From contig CM052816.1 in NCBI GenBank assembly GCA_028534125.1, positions 81,408,001 to 81,472,000 on the forward strand: a DNA stretch of 64,000 nt, given 5' to 3'. The first letter of the stretch is position 1. Each line of letters opens with the position of its first letter. The stretch comes from Lama glama. Lineage: Eukaryota. The notes beneath the pieces are model-generated. The model did not search any database, was not told the origin of the DNA, and saw only the letters and a program-made list of their open reading frames with translations. Shown here piece after piece: positions 38,950 to 51,598 of the stretch. Position numbers and translations under genes: made by a program.

Positions 38950-39175
38950 AGATTGCTTGCCTGGGGCTGGGGGTGGGCAGAGGGATTGGTTTTAAAGTGG
39001 GGAGTGACTGCTAATTGGTACAGGGTTTCTTTTGGGGGTCATGAAAATGTTCTAAAGTGGATTCTGTTAGTGGTTGTACAATTCTGTGAGCATATTAAAC
39101 ACCATTGCTTTGTACACTTTAAATCGGTGCACTTTAAATTGTATGGTATGTGAATCGTGTCTTAGTAAAGCTTTT
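38950..39175 (+). mobile_element. Old L1 3' end (L1MB-like)
   Basis: tgactgctaattggtacagggtttcttttgggggtcatgaaaatgttcta...tatgtgaatcgtgtcttagtaaagc. Confidence 0.75.
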
Positions 39176-42100
39176 ACAGAATCAGAAGTACTGAGTTTGG
39201 TGTCCAGACTCCTGAGAGTGAGCTCTGGCTTCACCACCTACTCAGGTGCAGGCGCCTGGGCACATTATTTAACCTCCTGGAGCTCCATTGGCTTTATCTG
39301 CAAAGTGGGGATGAAAATTCCTTGCAGTTGTTGTCAAGGTGAATGACATGGGACATGTGAAAGTGGACATAGTGAAACCTCCGGCAAATTACATGTTTAT
39401 GTGTCTGACTTAGACATATATTTTTGCGGATAATAGATGCTTAGTCTGAATTACTCTTGAGGGTTCCCAAGGGTTCTTGAGGGTTCTTGGCCAGTGAAAT
39501 GAACACTTATCGTGGCTGAGAACTGATTTGCATGATGAGTAAATAGCAGAGTCCTTAAAGGCCAGGTCCCAGGCTGCCCCGTATCTGTGGTCTGGAAGGC
39601 GGAGTCCAGACGGAGATGGTTCGCCTCTTACAGCATGTCTGCTCCCAGCCTCAGGTGCTGCTCTCTGACTTGACTGTTGCTTGGACCGACCGCCAGGGCA
39701 GCGTATAGTTAGGAAGAGTTTAGCCGTGGTCACCGGCAGCGTGGTACCTGGTCAGGCTCTCAGGGAAGTGAGCCTGCCGGTCAGCCCGGCTCAGAAGGGA
39801 GTGAAGGCCTCTGGCCAGGAGGAGGGAACCAGCAGCCCTGGAAATCAGCTCCAGGAAACAAGTCCTATTCCGATTTCTCTCGCTTCCTAGAACTGGACAG
39901 TAGAGAGATTGATTTAGTCTCTAGTCTATCCTCAGTGATAAGGCTTTTGATTTAAAGTCTGTCTTTGAGTATGCCCTTGCCCTATTGTTGAGACTAGAAT
40001 GTGTTTCAGAAAACCAGCTAAGGGCAGAGTGTGTGAAAAGATCAGTAAAATCTGTCACTAATCATATACTTAGGTAATAATTTTTATTTATTTTTCAAAC
40101 TTGAAAAATTAACAAAAAATTTTATTGAAGTATAGTTGATGTACAATATTATATAAGTGGCAGGTGTACAATATAGTGATTCACAGTAGTAGGTAATAAT
40201 TTTACTAGGGCTGTTTCTTTAATCTCTTAAGAACTATGTTTAGGATTAAAGAACACTACAGGATCAGAATTATTTGTCTCTTTGTATGTTTTTACTTACG
40301 CATGCTTTCAGTAGACTTCTGTTGGCAATTTACTACCTGTCAGGAGTTGTATGCTAGGAGTTGAGGCTAAAAATACACAAAAGTACAGCCTCGGCCCCCA
40401 GTTTGCATCATTGGTTGGGGAGACAGACAAGGTGAGAGACTGTGGCAGTACAAGAAAGCTTTGCAGAGAACTTGAACCATGTGGGCAGTGGATTGGACAG
40501 TGAATTGGACGGGCAGGACTCGGGGAGAGTGGATCGGGTGGGCCCTGCGCATGCTCCAGGGGGTCAGATGGAGGCTGTGTGGCTGTAATCACGGGCATGT
40601 GCACGGTGATGGTGGCCTGGAGTAGAAACAGCGGCAGGGATGGACAGACGTGGACAGGTTCTGTGAGGAGAGCAGAGCAGGCAGGGTTATGAGAGGCAGG
40701 GGAGAGCCGAGAATGGCTGCGGGTGGATGGCGGGGCCAGAGTCCAGAGGAGGACAGCAGGTTAGGTGAGGTCTGGGGGGAAGAGGTGACCTGACTCAGAG
40801 ATGTGAATTTGGAGGATCTGAGGGACGTTCCAGCGCAAGGCGCCAGGAAGCTGTTTGGGTGCCCGGCTCTGGAGCTCTGAAGAGAGATCTGGAGTAAAGA
40901 GCCATTTGAGGGATAGGGGGTCCCCAGCATATGTTGTTGGAGAGCTTCTCCTTGGAACAGAGGTCCTGTGAGAAGAAAAGAGGACCCTGCCCAGAAGGGA
41001 GATGAGGCGGTGCAGCCAGACTGAGTGTGGGTCGTTTGGTCCGGAACCCCTTTCTGCCGATTTTCAGATCTCAGTCTGAACAACACCTCCGGAGGTAGCA
41101 GTCTTCGCTGGCCCTCTGTGAACGCAGGTGGGTGTCTCTGCCGTGCTCCCATTGTGTCCCCTAGTCCCGGCACAGTGCCACACGCACTGTCCCATGCTCA
41201 GACTCCTGTGCGCTCTGGGAAGGCAGGGGCTGTGTGTGTGGTCACTTCGGCATTTGCTGTGCTGGAGTACAGCGGTGCGAAGAAATGACGGTTCAGTCGA
41301 TGACAGAGTGTCTGAAAGGCAGCGGGGAGGAGACTGTGTCCCTGGGGAGGATGTGGTCAACAGGTCTGGTTTATTTTAGTGAAGAGCATGGCGCTGGGCA
41401 GGCCAACCCAGGCTCCAGTCTTGCTTCACTTAACCTTGGTCAGCCTCATTTTCCTCATCTCTAAAACGGGAGCAGGAGTGGCAGTTAAGAGTTGTGAGGA
41501 TTAAACGAGATGATGGCGTAGAGAGAGAATCTTCTTCAGGTGTCTGATATTTTTTGCGCTGATTACCCAGTGTTCTGGTTGTTATTTTTTGTCTGAACGT
41601 CCTGAGGCAGAAGTCAATTTTCATTCGTCTTTTTATCCTGGGCATTTGGTATTTCGGGTACTCAGGAGCTGTTTTGTTGAGATGAATGGTATCTGTTAGA
41701 GACGGGTCACCTTGTAGCTCTGAGTAACCAGACATACAGCTTGAGTGTTGACTCACTGGTTTCGCTTCACAGGCTCATTGGAGCCCTGTGCTTTGGGCCG
41801 CTTCTTCTCAGAAACAGAGTTCAGAGAGGAGAGCAGATTGAGACGTTTTTAGCACAGGGCCAGCTGTATGATGTGGGTTCCGGTGGGCATGTCTCCGTTG
41901 GGCTGCAAGCCTGCTGCAGAAGGGGTGGCAGTTCTCACATCTTGTCCGGCACAGACATGGCGAGAATGGGAGTGCTTCTGACCCCGCAGAAAGCGAGTGA
42001 TGGATGATGTGGGGGCCGCGGCAGCTGGTGTCCCAGGAACTGTGGATTCTCTCAGTGGGAGCGGGAACACATGTAGCTCCTTTTGATCTGTGGGGTAAAA

Positions 42101-43129
42101 TGTGCGGAAACTGGAAGACGTGCTGCTCATGCCCTTAACCTCTTTTTAAATTAAAGCAAACAAACAAAAAGAGCAGCCATAGCATTGAGGTAAATGTTGA
42201 AATAAGGAGTTAACCAGAAGACCCCAACCTTGATCGTGCCGCTCTGGCAGAACTACTCTTCGTTTACGTTTGTGCTGCAGTTCTAGCTGAATTCAGGCCA
42301 CTGGGATACCCTGGTTTTGGAAACCTGGACACCCTGTGAGCAGTGCCAGCCGTCTTGTTACTATTCTTTTGTGCCGCAGTAGCGAGCTTTGTCCAGACTC
42401 AGATGGGGCAGCGTGAGGTGCTGCACAAACCACGGAGGCCGTGTTTAATGCCCCATTTGTTGAAAATTTGCATCACTTTCAAACGAGTTCCTTTTCAGGC
42501 CTCTCGCGGAGAAAAGTCTGTCAGCATAACTAGTAGAACCAGTTCTTCTCAATTATTAAAGAACTGTACTTTTCTACCTCCTTTTCTGACAAATTGAACA
42601 TGACACTTAACTGGGGTCAGTAAGGAATTTTATCCCACAGGTCACAGCTCTGGAAGTAAGATTGGGACCTTTGTTGATTAGACAGCTGGGCAGGGAGCGG
42701 CAGAGTTGAAGGATAGTGGGGTAGAGGAACAAAGGATTAAGAGGGACTCTGGGCCCTTTTCTGAAACGAGGTGACTGTTTAAGAAGCTCCCACTGCCGCC
42801 GAGAACAGGGATAGTGCAGGGGCAGGTGTCCCCGGGTGCTGGTTGAATTGCCTTCGAGATCCTGGGAGGATGCCAGGCCCGCCCACGGCTCTTGCCCTCC
42901 TGCAGTTCTTACCGACAGGCTCTACGACTGGCCTTTCTGGATGGATAGCACCTACGTGGCAGCCTTTAAAGGAGTGAACCGTTTCTCCAGTTCTTTACAA
43001 TATGATGGGAGCATCTGGTGATGCCAACTATATTAATGCTTAGATATTGTCTCTTAAGTTCCCATATGTTCTCTGGTCCCTGCTGGATTTATTTTAAAAC
43101 CTCTCATTACTTAAAGCCATTATTAAATT

Positions 43130-43870
43130 ACTGAATGAAATCTTTTGAGCACTTACTGTTTGCAAGGCCTGTATTGGATTCTAGGGCAATAGAGCGGCAA
43201 AAAACCAGACAGAGGATCTGCCCCCAAAGAGTTTAGAGATTGGTGGGGAGATAGACTTAAATAATTACATAAACAGATGTGAAATTGCAGTCATGACGAG
43301 TGCTAAGAGGGAGGGATACGCGGGGCTGTAAGAGCCTGGTAACGGAGAAGGCATCCCTGAGAAAGTGAGCCTTGTTCTGAGGTCTGATGGATACGCACAG
43401 TCATGGGGCGCAGAGGGTACAGAGAAGTATTCCAAGCAGGAGGAACTTGGACTCAGGGTGGGAAGGAGCTTGGCAGGTCTAGGAGGCTGAAGGAAGGCCA
43501 GTGTGGCCAACATGCAGACTGAGGAGGTGGGTGAAAGGAAACCATACTGGACAAGTAGGTGGAGACCAGGCCATGCAGGTCCTCGTAGGCTTTATCACAT
43601 CATTGTCCTCGTCCCACTGATAATCCAGAGCAGACTGTGTTCTGAGAGGATGTAGAACAGAGAAAGAGAGATGCACATAGGTGGAAAGAGGCTGATGCAG
43701 GTAGACAAGTTGGCAAGCTGTTGCAGTGGGCCAGGTGGAGATGATGATAGCTTGGACTAGGGGGTGCTGGTGGAGATAAGAGAGGAGCATGGATTCTAGC
43801 TATATTAAATAGTAACTTTGATAGAATTTGGTGATAGACTAGATATGGAGGGTGAAGGAGAAAGAGGTGT
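43130..43870 (-). mobile_element. L2 fragment
   Basis: ttgagcacttactgtttgcaaggcctg...gaaggccagtgtggc...ggccaggtggagatgatgatagcttggactaggg...ggattctagctatatt. Confidence 0.8.
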
Positions 43871-45946
43871 AAAGCCCCTAGAAGGGAAGCATGGGATGGT
43901 CCAGGGCAGTGTTGCCTGCAGTCGGAGCCTTTCCTGGAGTGTGGTGTACATCAGAATGTCCCCACTGAACTCTTGAGGGATGGTTGAGGTGACACTGAGA
44001 GATTCAGGCCTCAGAGGACCCGGTGGAGTAAGTCATAAGAGGTGAGCTGTCAGCTGGTGTTGCGGAAGCTCCCAGGTCCTTCCCCACACAGCAGCTGTTA
44101 CTCCTGGGGGGTACATGTGTTTCTTTTTTCTTTTTCCTTTCAGCCTCTGTTTGCCTCTCTGTAACACTTTTAGGCTTTCCCTGAGCACTTTCAGTGATGC
44201 TTGCTTTGACCTGGTTTCAGTTGATTCTAGCAGATACATTCACTGATCTCTCTGCCCTGTTTTTCCTTTTTTCCTTCATTCCTCATACAAGGTAGTGTGG
44301 CATCACGTAAGAACACAGACTGAGCCAGCTGCCAGCTTTGACTTCCAGCTCCACCACATGCTAGCCGGGTGTCTTCATCTACAAAGTGGAGGCATTAGTG
44401 GGAGAAGAGCCCTGTTTCAAAGGCTTGGCTGTGAGGATTAAAGGAGTTAATAAGTAGAAAGCCCTTTAAACACCACCTGGCACATAAGGCTCGTGGAATG
44501 TTTATCATTATTTACTTCTCAGCCTCCGTGAGGGCTGGCCCTTGAGAGTACCTACTTTGGCATTCACACAGTGAACACTGGAGATTTCTGCAGTCCCCGA
44601 GTGACCCCTGAGTGACAGCGTAGCAATCGGTGATGTCAATAAGGAAAAGATTGTATTTACTCATCCAGTTGTAAAGGTCAAGTTGGATAGCCTTTAATCA
44701 CTGGTCCAATAAAACTCCCCTTGAAGACAACAGCTTATACGCAATCAGAACTCGGCATGATCAGGAGTACGGCCTCCACGTGGGAATGTCGTCATGGTCT
44801 GTAACCCACTTTAAGACCTACATCCAGAGGTGGGCTGTACCCTTATTGTTAACCACTTCCTCTCTCCTCCATTCAACTATGTTCATTCTCCCTGGATCAA
44901 CAAGCAGCGGATGTTACCACTCTTCTCACAGACTTTGAAATAGTATCTCCATATTTGTTAGTTCTTTCTGTGTTTTTCTCTTGGAGTTCGAAGAGCGGTT
45001 GTAGAAATCCGGGGGTGAGGGAGCTGTAGGACCCAGGCCGTGCATACTGTCCTTTCTGTCCTCCCTGCCTCCTCCTCCAGACGGTACCTTCCCAGAGTAG
45101 AAGGAAACAAGTTCTGTCCGTGAGAGGAGGGTTTCTTTGTGATTCTTCTTTGCATGCCCTTATTTATGGGAGTCCTCTAGGTTATTTCTCTTCTCAGGAC
45201 TGCTGTATATTTTGATTTGGGGGCAGGGAGTGACTGATGGTAGAGGTGATGGTGCTTATTTTTTTCTCTTGAGTTGATTATCAGTAAGAATTGATAGTGA
45301 ATATTTATAGTTTTGTTGTGTTAACCAGAGACGGGTTAGGTTTTAGTGATGATTGCCTACAGTGTGGCTCCTTAAATTCCAGTGCTCAAGTGCTTATGCT
45401 CAAGTTATCACCGACTTTCAGCAACTTAATGTACTTTGAAAAAATTCAGCAGTCAAGAAAGCTTTCCTTTTGTACAGCATGCCTGAGCAGTCCCTTCTCT
45501 GAGTGTGGTGTTCTCTTAAGAAAGCCATTAGTTTACTCTTTTGGTCTTGTAGTGGGTTCAAAGTACTTTCTGTTGCAGAAGAAAAGACAGCAAATGACGA
45601 GACCTAAGTCGTTGTGGGCTTGTAAAAGACAGATCCTATAATAGAAAAATGCCACTTCTTTTCCCATAGCTTCAGATATTCCTGTGTAGTCAGCCTTACA
45701 GAATTAGGGTCTACCTGAGCAATGCTAATTGCAGGAGTTTCTCACCCACAGGAAAAAAAGAATTGAGAAGCCTCCTGAACAGTCAGTTTAAAGTGGGAAA
45801 CAGAATTGAGGGAGAAGTAGAAATTATTCTACTCATATGACAGAATCTTGAACAGTTGCAACTTTAAGTTGTGTATTTGAGTTCTTCATTTAATCTTCAA
45901 AGGAAAGGAGGAGAAAAAGAAAGGAATCAAGAAGCAGCGCAGAGCA

Positions 45947-46022
45947 GGGAGGGGAGAGCTCAGTGGTAGAGCGCGTGCTTAGCAGGCACAAGGTCCTGGG
46001 TTCAGTCCCCAGCACTGCCAAT
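45947..46022 (+). mobile_element. Vic-1-like SINE head (tRNA-like part only)
   Basis: gggaggggagagctcagtggtagagcgcgtgcttagcaggcacaaggtcctgggttcagtccccagcactgcca. Confidence 0.8.
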
Positions 46023-47109
46023 TACAGTTACAATTGTGACAACTCCCATTTACTGAATGTACGTGCCAGATGTTCACACCCATTTCTCTTCAGATCCTTA
46101 CGTTGGTAGTATTGTTTCCATTTGCAGGAGGAAACTGGAGCTCAGTCAGGTTAAATGGCAGGCCCAAGGTCATTTCTGTAGGTACCAGAACTGGATTTTG
46201 CACTGTGGTCCCAAATCTGTATTACTTGTTTTTAGTACATGCACAGAGAAAAATTTGGAGGAACCAGAGGAAAGACAAAACAAATTGTACTATGCTGTAT
46301 TAAAAATACAACACTCTGCTTTAAAAAAAAAAGGTAAATTTTGTTCTAAGATACACATGGATTCCCACCCAATATGTAGATGCAAATGCATTCCCTCCCC
46401 TTGGATTTTCTATTTTAGCTGAGAAAACAAAGAGTATTAAGTGTTCATTTTAGAGCAGTAGAGCAACTTGGAGGAAATAGAATGTTTGTGTTAAGTCTTT
46501 TTAGCACTTAGTGCCAGATGTGATCGAAAGAAATTGTGTTTTGGAACCTTTAGGGATGTTCTGTTGCCTCTTGGAATTTGCCCTTCTGGCTGGATGAAAT
46601 TAAACTGAGAATAACAACTTCAGTTTTTGACTCAAAGCCCTTGTAAACAGTGAAGTGTTGATGTGAACATTTATAAGCATTTGACCTATATATAAGAGCT
46701 TAATTGTAGGGGCCCAGTCCCTCCCACCCCCATTCTTTTCAGGGTCAGTGATCATCTGGCAGGACCCTTACCCTTTTCTTCCTTTGCCAAGATGTGTGCA
46801 CCCTGAATGTGAAGTTGGTAAGAAACTGGAGAAGATACTTTTTGAGAACCAGTGGAATGAAAACAACCAGGCTGCTTTGCAACCTCTCAGCAGATTCTCA
46901 GGAGCGTAGCTGACGTCAGCCGTCCCGTACTTTTATCCTGTACACGGCAAATCCTCCACTGAGTACAGTTCTCTTAAGGGAATTTTTCTGATTTGTTCTA
47001 ATCAGTTTGTAACAGGAGGCTAGTTTTCTAAAATACGCAATGAAGGTGATGACTTTCCTTTTTGCTGGTGGGAAATTGGAGACAACGTTTGTTAGAGCTA
47101 GTGCACAAC

Positions 47110-47320
47110 GACTAGAAAGGTGGGCTCTGGAGTTAGTCAGGGCGCGGGCTGGTCCCTTGGTTAGTGACTTCTTTTCCTATAAAAGGCAAGTTCCTGAACC
47201 CCTTTGAGCCTTAGTTTCCTCATCTGTAAAATGGAGATAATAGCAGTCCTAGAGTTGTTGTGAGGATTAGTGAGATACTAACGCAGGGTTACCTGGCACA
47301 TCATAGGGCTTAGTACATGC
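47110..47320 (+). mobile_element. MIR
   Basis: gggctctggagttag...gagccttagtttcctcatctgtaaaatggagataata...gttgttgtgaggattagtgag. Further MIR relics near 27160, 36500, 39190, 41390, 44290 and 60255. Confidence 0.85.
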
Positions 47321-50124
47321 ATGCAGTTGAAGTGGAGGCTGAGAATGACGGACAGCATGTGGAGGGCCTCACTCACTCTGCACAAACTCAGACACATCAG
47401 TTTTTGCTGCTTGGAAATCTTTTTTTCACTTTATGATTCTCCGCAGCGTATCAAAATGGGTGAGGTTGCTTCGGGATCAGTGTCTTGGTTAAGTCAAATC
47501 TTGTTATTGGTGTAGCGGCATTCGAGATAGGGATGATTAGGATCCTGGTCCCTGGACGCTGGCCACAGGGACAGCAGTGTGTGCCTCTGTGCTGAGCCGA
47601 GCTCTCCTCGCCCTGTCTGCGGGGCGGGCGGAAGTCTGACGATCGCGGCAGCTTTAGTAGGAAGTCAGCACTGTTGGGGATCTTGGTGGTTTCCCTGTCG
47701 TCCCCTCCAGTGCTGATGTTCCCACACGCTTCGTGAGATGTGTGGCTGCTCCACCACTTAGCTGCTAGGTGGGTGTTCCCTTTTCTCAGGTCAGTTTTTG
47801 GCCAGCAACTTGTTGCCAACATCAGACTGTATTTAACAATATTCTAGGGAAGAAGAGGAGTCCATACGTTTAAAATGAAAAATAAATACTAAGCCTCTGG
47901 GGCATTTGATAGAGATGAGGGTGAGTGGGGAAATGTCTCCAGCCTTTTCCTTTTCTCCTGGGAAATGCTTCTAGTAGATTCATTTTCATCCCTTTGAGAA
48001 TACCGCGCCATGTTGTGACAGAGTGTTTTAGAATGGAGAGAGCAGGTCTGCAGGGTCTTCCTTTTCTGTTTCTAGTGAGGGAAAGCCATCGGGGACCTCC
48101 CTCCTTCTGGGCACAAGTCCTCCGACTCACTGCATTGTCATAATTTTGATCCTGGGCAAGTCTCTTCTACTTCATCTCACAAGACAGGCATTACTGCTCT
48201 TGATTCTGTCCTTTTGGATGGGGACACTGAGGCCAGGACACTTGCCCGAGGTCCTCCTGGTAGCTCTGTAGGCTAGAACCCACCAAGGTTCCTGATTTAG
48301 TCCTGTGCTTTTACCAGAAAGACGTTTATTGGAGACAGTAATATGTGTGCTTTGTTCACCCGCCCCTTGCATTCCTTCATGTGCCCCCCACCACCCACGG
48401 GAGAAAGCCCAGACCCCCTCGGACGGCCGGCGAGCCCACTGCTGCGCGGCCATGTTTCTCACCCTCCTGTGGAGTTGCTTGCCTCCGTGTCTTCGCACCT
48501 TCTCTTTCCTCTTCTCTCTGCTGGTCCAGCTGGGGAACTCCTGCGTGTTCCTTACAAGCCACTTCTCTGGAAGCATGTGCTGGAACAGCCTCCCCCACTT
48601 GGTCCCTCTGCAGAGTTAGGTCCCCACTTCTGTGCTCCTGTAGCCCCACGTCAGAGTCTTTATGATAGCATCCATCAATCGTCAGTGTTGTCTGTTCTCC
48701 CCACCAGCCTGTGTGCTCCTGTTTACCTAGCGCTTGGTAGGGATTCATTTAAATGATCTTTGTCTCTTACAAATCTCCTCCCTTTCCGTGTACAAACCTC
48801 AGTTATCTTTAGAAGCTTAGTATCCTCTGCTTTAAATATATGTATATACAAATACATGTATGACTTACCTTGGAAATGACAAGGCTAAGAATGATGTGGG
48901 ATATTCTGTTTTACCTGGTACGTAGGAGGGGGCGGGGCAGGGGGTTGTATGTGCCTGCACACCCAGAGAGGTCATGCAAGAAAATATAGGGGTCCTAGCC
49001 AAGGAAAGCCATTCAGGGTGTTTTATCCACTTGAACACTGGTAGAATCCAGTGAGGCTTCACAGCTTGGCAGCCTCATACGTCCTCACCTCATCTAAAAT
49101 GCACAGCCTTGAGGTGGTGGATGCTACCTCTGGCATTTGACTCCTCCCTGCCAGCCCAACTCGTGACATGGTGGCTGTAACATTGGTTCCTGATCCTGTG
49201 GCTTTGATAAAATTGTACGTTGACAAGTTGCAGAACATGATTCTGTCATCTGTGGTTTCTCTGTTGTTAGTGCAAGTGACCTAAGTCAGTACCCTTGGTG
49301 ACAGTCGACAGAACTGTAACTAATTTTTGTTAGCAAGGGAATATATTAGAAGGATACAAGTGTGATTCATGGAACCGTGGGCCAGAGGTGTGCTTGGGCC
49401 TTACTAGAACCTGGAAAGCCGTGGAATCCAGGTGGGATTGCTTGTGTGTCTGGGAGTTGGGCTTTTATCTCCACATACCGTCTTCAAGTATCTCATTCTC
49501 TGTAGAATACCTTTCTCTGCTGCCCCCTATTTGTGGCCAAATCTACAAGTCTGTAGCTGAAGCGGCCAGCTTTTTCAACTTCTCTTAGCCCTTCAGCCAA
49601 ATTAATGCAGGAGCCAATGTGATTAGCCTTTTGCAGGATCTGCTGTCCAGCAGCCCGTGCAGTTGATGGGGAGGAGGTGGTTCACTCCTGGAGGCTGAGG
49701 AGCAGAAAGTTTTGGGTAGGACAGAATCCTTGAAGGTGTCTTCTGATTGTCTTGTTTATGGAATGTAAACAAAGAATTTCACTAACCATTTCAAGAATTG
49801 GTGTATGTAGGTAGCTTTGGACAGTGTAAGTTCTTCAGCATCAGAAGGTGATACTTCTGCAGACGCAACAGCAGGGTAGTCTTCTCCATGGGGGCTTCAG
49901 TTTTTGAACGATTCCAAGCATTAAAGATGCTTGCCAGTTTTCTAACAGCTGATTGAATTCAGCGAGTGAATAGCTTTGCTTTCCTCAAAGATGATAGACC
50001 TGTCAAAAATAAATTGTGCTTTAATTTAGTGCTTTGTCAATGACAGATGATGAAAACTCTCAATGAGAATCTCTAAATTACCAAAACACTCATAGCATTT
50101 ACATATGCAAAAATAGTCCCTCTG

Positions 50125-50310
50125 GTGTAACCTAGAGCAACGCATCAGAATCATCTGGGGTGCTTTTACAAAACTGGAGGCCCAGCTGCATCCTACACAC
50201 TCCGAGTCCTCAGGCCTGTCTGAGCGGGGTGGGGGGTGGAGTCCGAATGTCTGTAGAGATAACAAGCCCCCAGGTGATCTGACCCTCCACTGGTGTGAGA
50301 AGCACTGCCT
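50125..50310. mobile_element. MER5A-like hAT-Charlie element
   Basis: catcagaatcatctgggg...taacaagcccccaggtgatct...tgagaagcactg. A similar relic lies near 13410-13560. Confidence 0.65.
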
Positions 50311-51537
50311 CAGAGCGGCTTGATTTATTGGCATCTCCTGGGGTGGAAATTGTAGTTATCTCCAAAATAGAGCACGCTCAAGATGGGATCTCTGAAAAAG
50401 CCATGACTGTGTTCTTGTTCTTCAGCCTCCAGATGGGCTGCCCAGCCTCTCCCTGCCTCAGCTGTCCCCAGCTTGCTTCTAGTGCCGTGCTTCAGGCTGA
50501 ATCAACAAATTCAGAAAACTCATACCACCCAGAGACTTCTACTCAAAGCCAAATTTTAAAATTCCATTTTTATTTATCAGCAGAACTGGTTGTGTTTTGT
50601 AGAATTTCCGACAGTCAGGATTTGACTGGTTGCATCCCCATGGTATCATTTAACATGTTTCTCTGTCCCCGTGTTCTTGTAAATTGGTGGGTTGACATAG
50701 AAGCCCAGGCACATTGACGTTAGACATTCTGGCAAGAATTCTTCATAGATGGCGTGGTAGGTTGATAAGGGGGCCCCACTTGCCTCTCTTTTGGTTAACA
50801 GCCATCCATGATTGTTGCTTTGGTTTGTTAATTCATTACAGATTGCTAATTATCTTTGAATATCCACTAAACACTGAACCCAACATAGAAGTGTTTGAAG
50901 ATATTTTTATTGAGAAACAGTGACACAGAACCTGGCCTTGCTTCCTTACTAGAAGTGATGGCATCTCGGAGTGCTGCCTGGTGGTGGTAGTAACTCAGAG
51001 TGGGCAGATGCGTGCCCAGCGCCCTTACTGAGCCCTGCTGTGCTGCAGAGTACACGGACCAGTATGGACTTGATACATTCACATTTCCCTGTTCTTAACT
51101 TCGAGCCCTTTACACAGGTCCATTTTCTCTCAAAAACACACAACAGTCTTTTGTTTTTGATGCTTGATTCTCACTGGAGGAAGAGAGGACTCTGTGGACC
51201 GCTTTCCATTCTTTCTGACTCTTCTTCAGCTGCCTTACTTCGCTGTGCGACATTTGTTCCTTTAGGTGGGGGGTGCCCATCCCTGCCCCTTTGCTTGGGA
51301 TGACTAATAACTGTCCATCCAAAATAATTACTTTAATACATTGAACCAACTTGTTGGAATTTTCTGTCTTCCTTTAGTTAAAAGAACTTCAAAAAAAAAA
51401 AAAACTAGCGTGTTAAATAAACAGAAAACTCCTGAGGGCATATGATGTTTTAGTGTGTATTCTGAAAGAATGGCTTTATGTGATTCATTTGAGCCCTTAA
51501 ACAAAGAAAAATATTACCCTTTGCTCTTCTCTTTTAG

Positions 51538-51598
51538 GAAATTCACACAAATGAAAAGGAAATTACAGAGAAGGAAGTAACTCTTCACTTGTTGCCAG
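51538..51598 (+). CDS. MTMR12: MTMR12 coding exon 2
   Basis: cttttag acceptor; EIHTNEKEITEKEVTLHLLP+G; donor gtaacc; 61 nt; follows a ~22.6-kb intron 1. Confidence 0.95.

Noticed and set aside
40589..41173. 194-aa minus-strand ORF
   Set aside because: Overlaps degenerate L2-like sequence and shows no protein-family resemblance.
45947..46022. tRNA-like sequence
   Set aside because: It is the head of the same SINE family as the other copies and the acceptor stem pairs poorly, so it is not called a tRNA gene. tRNAscan-SE would settle it.
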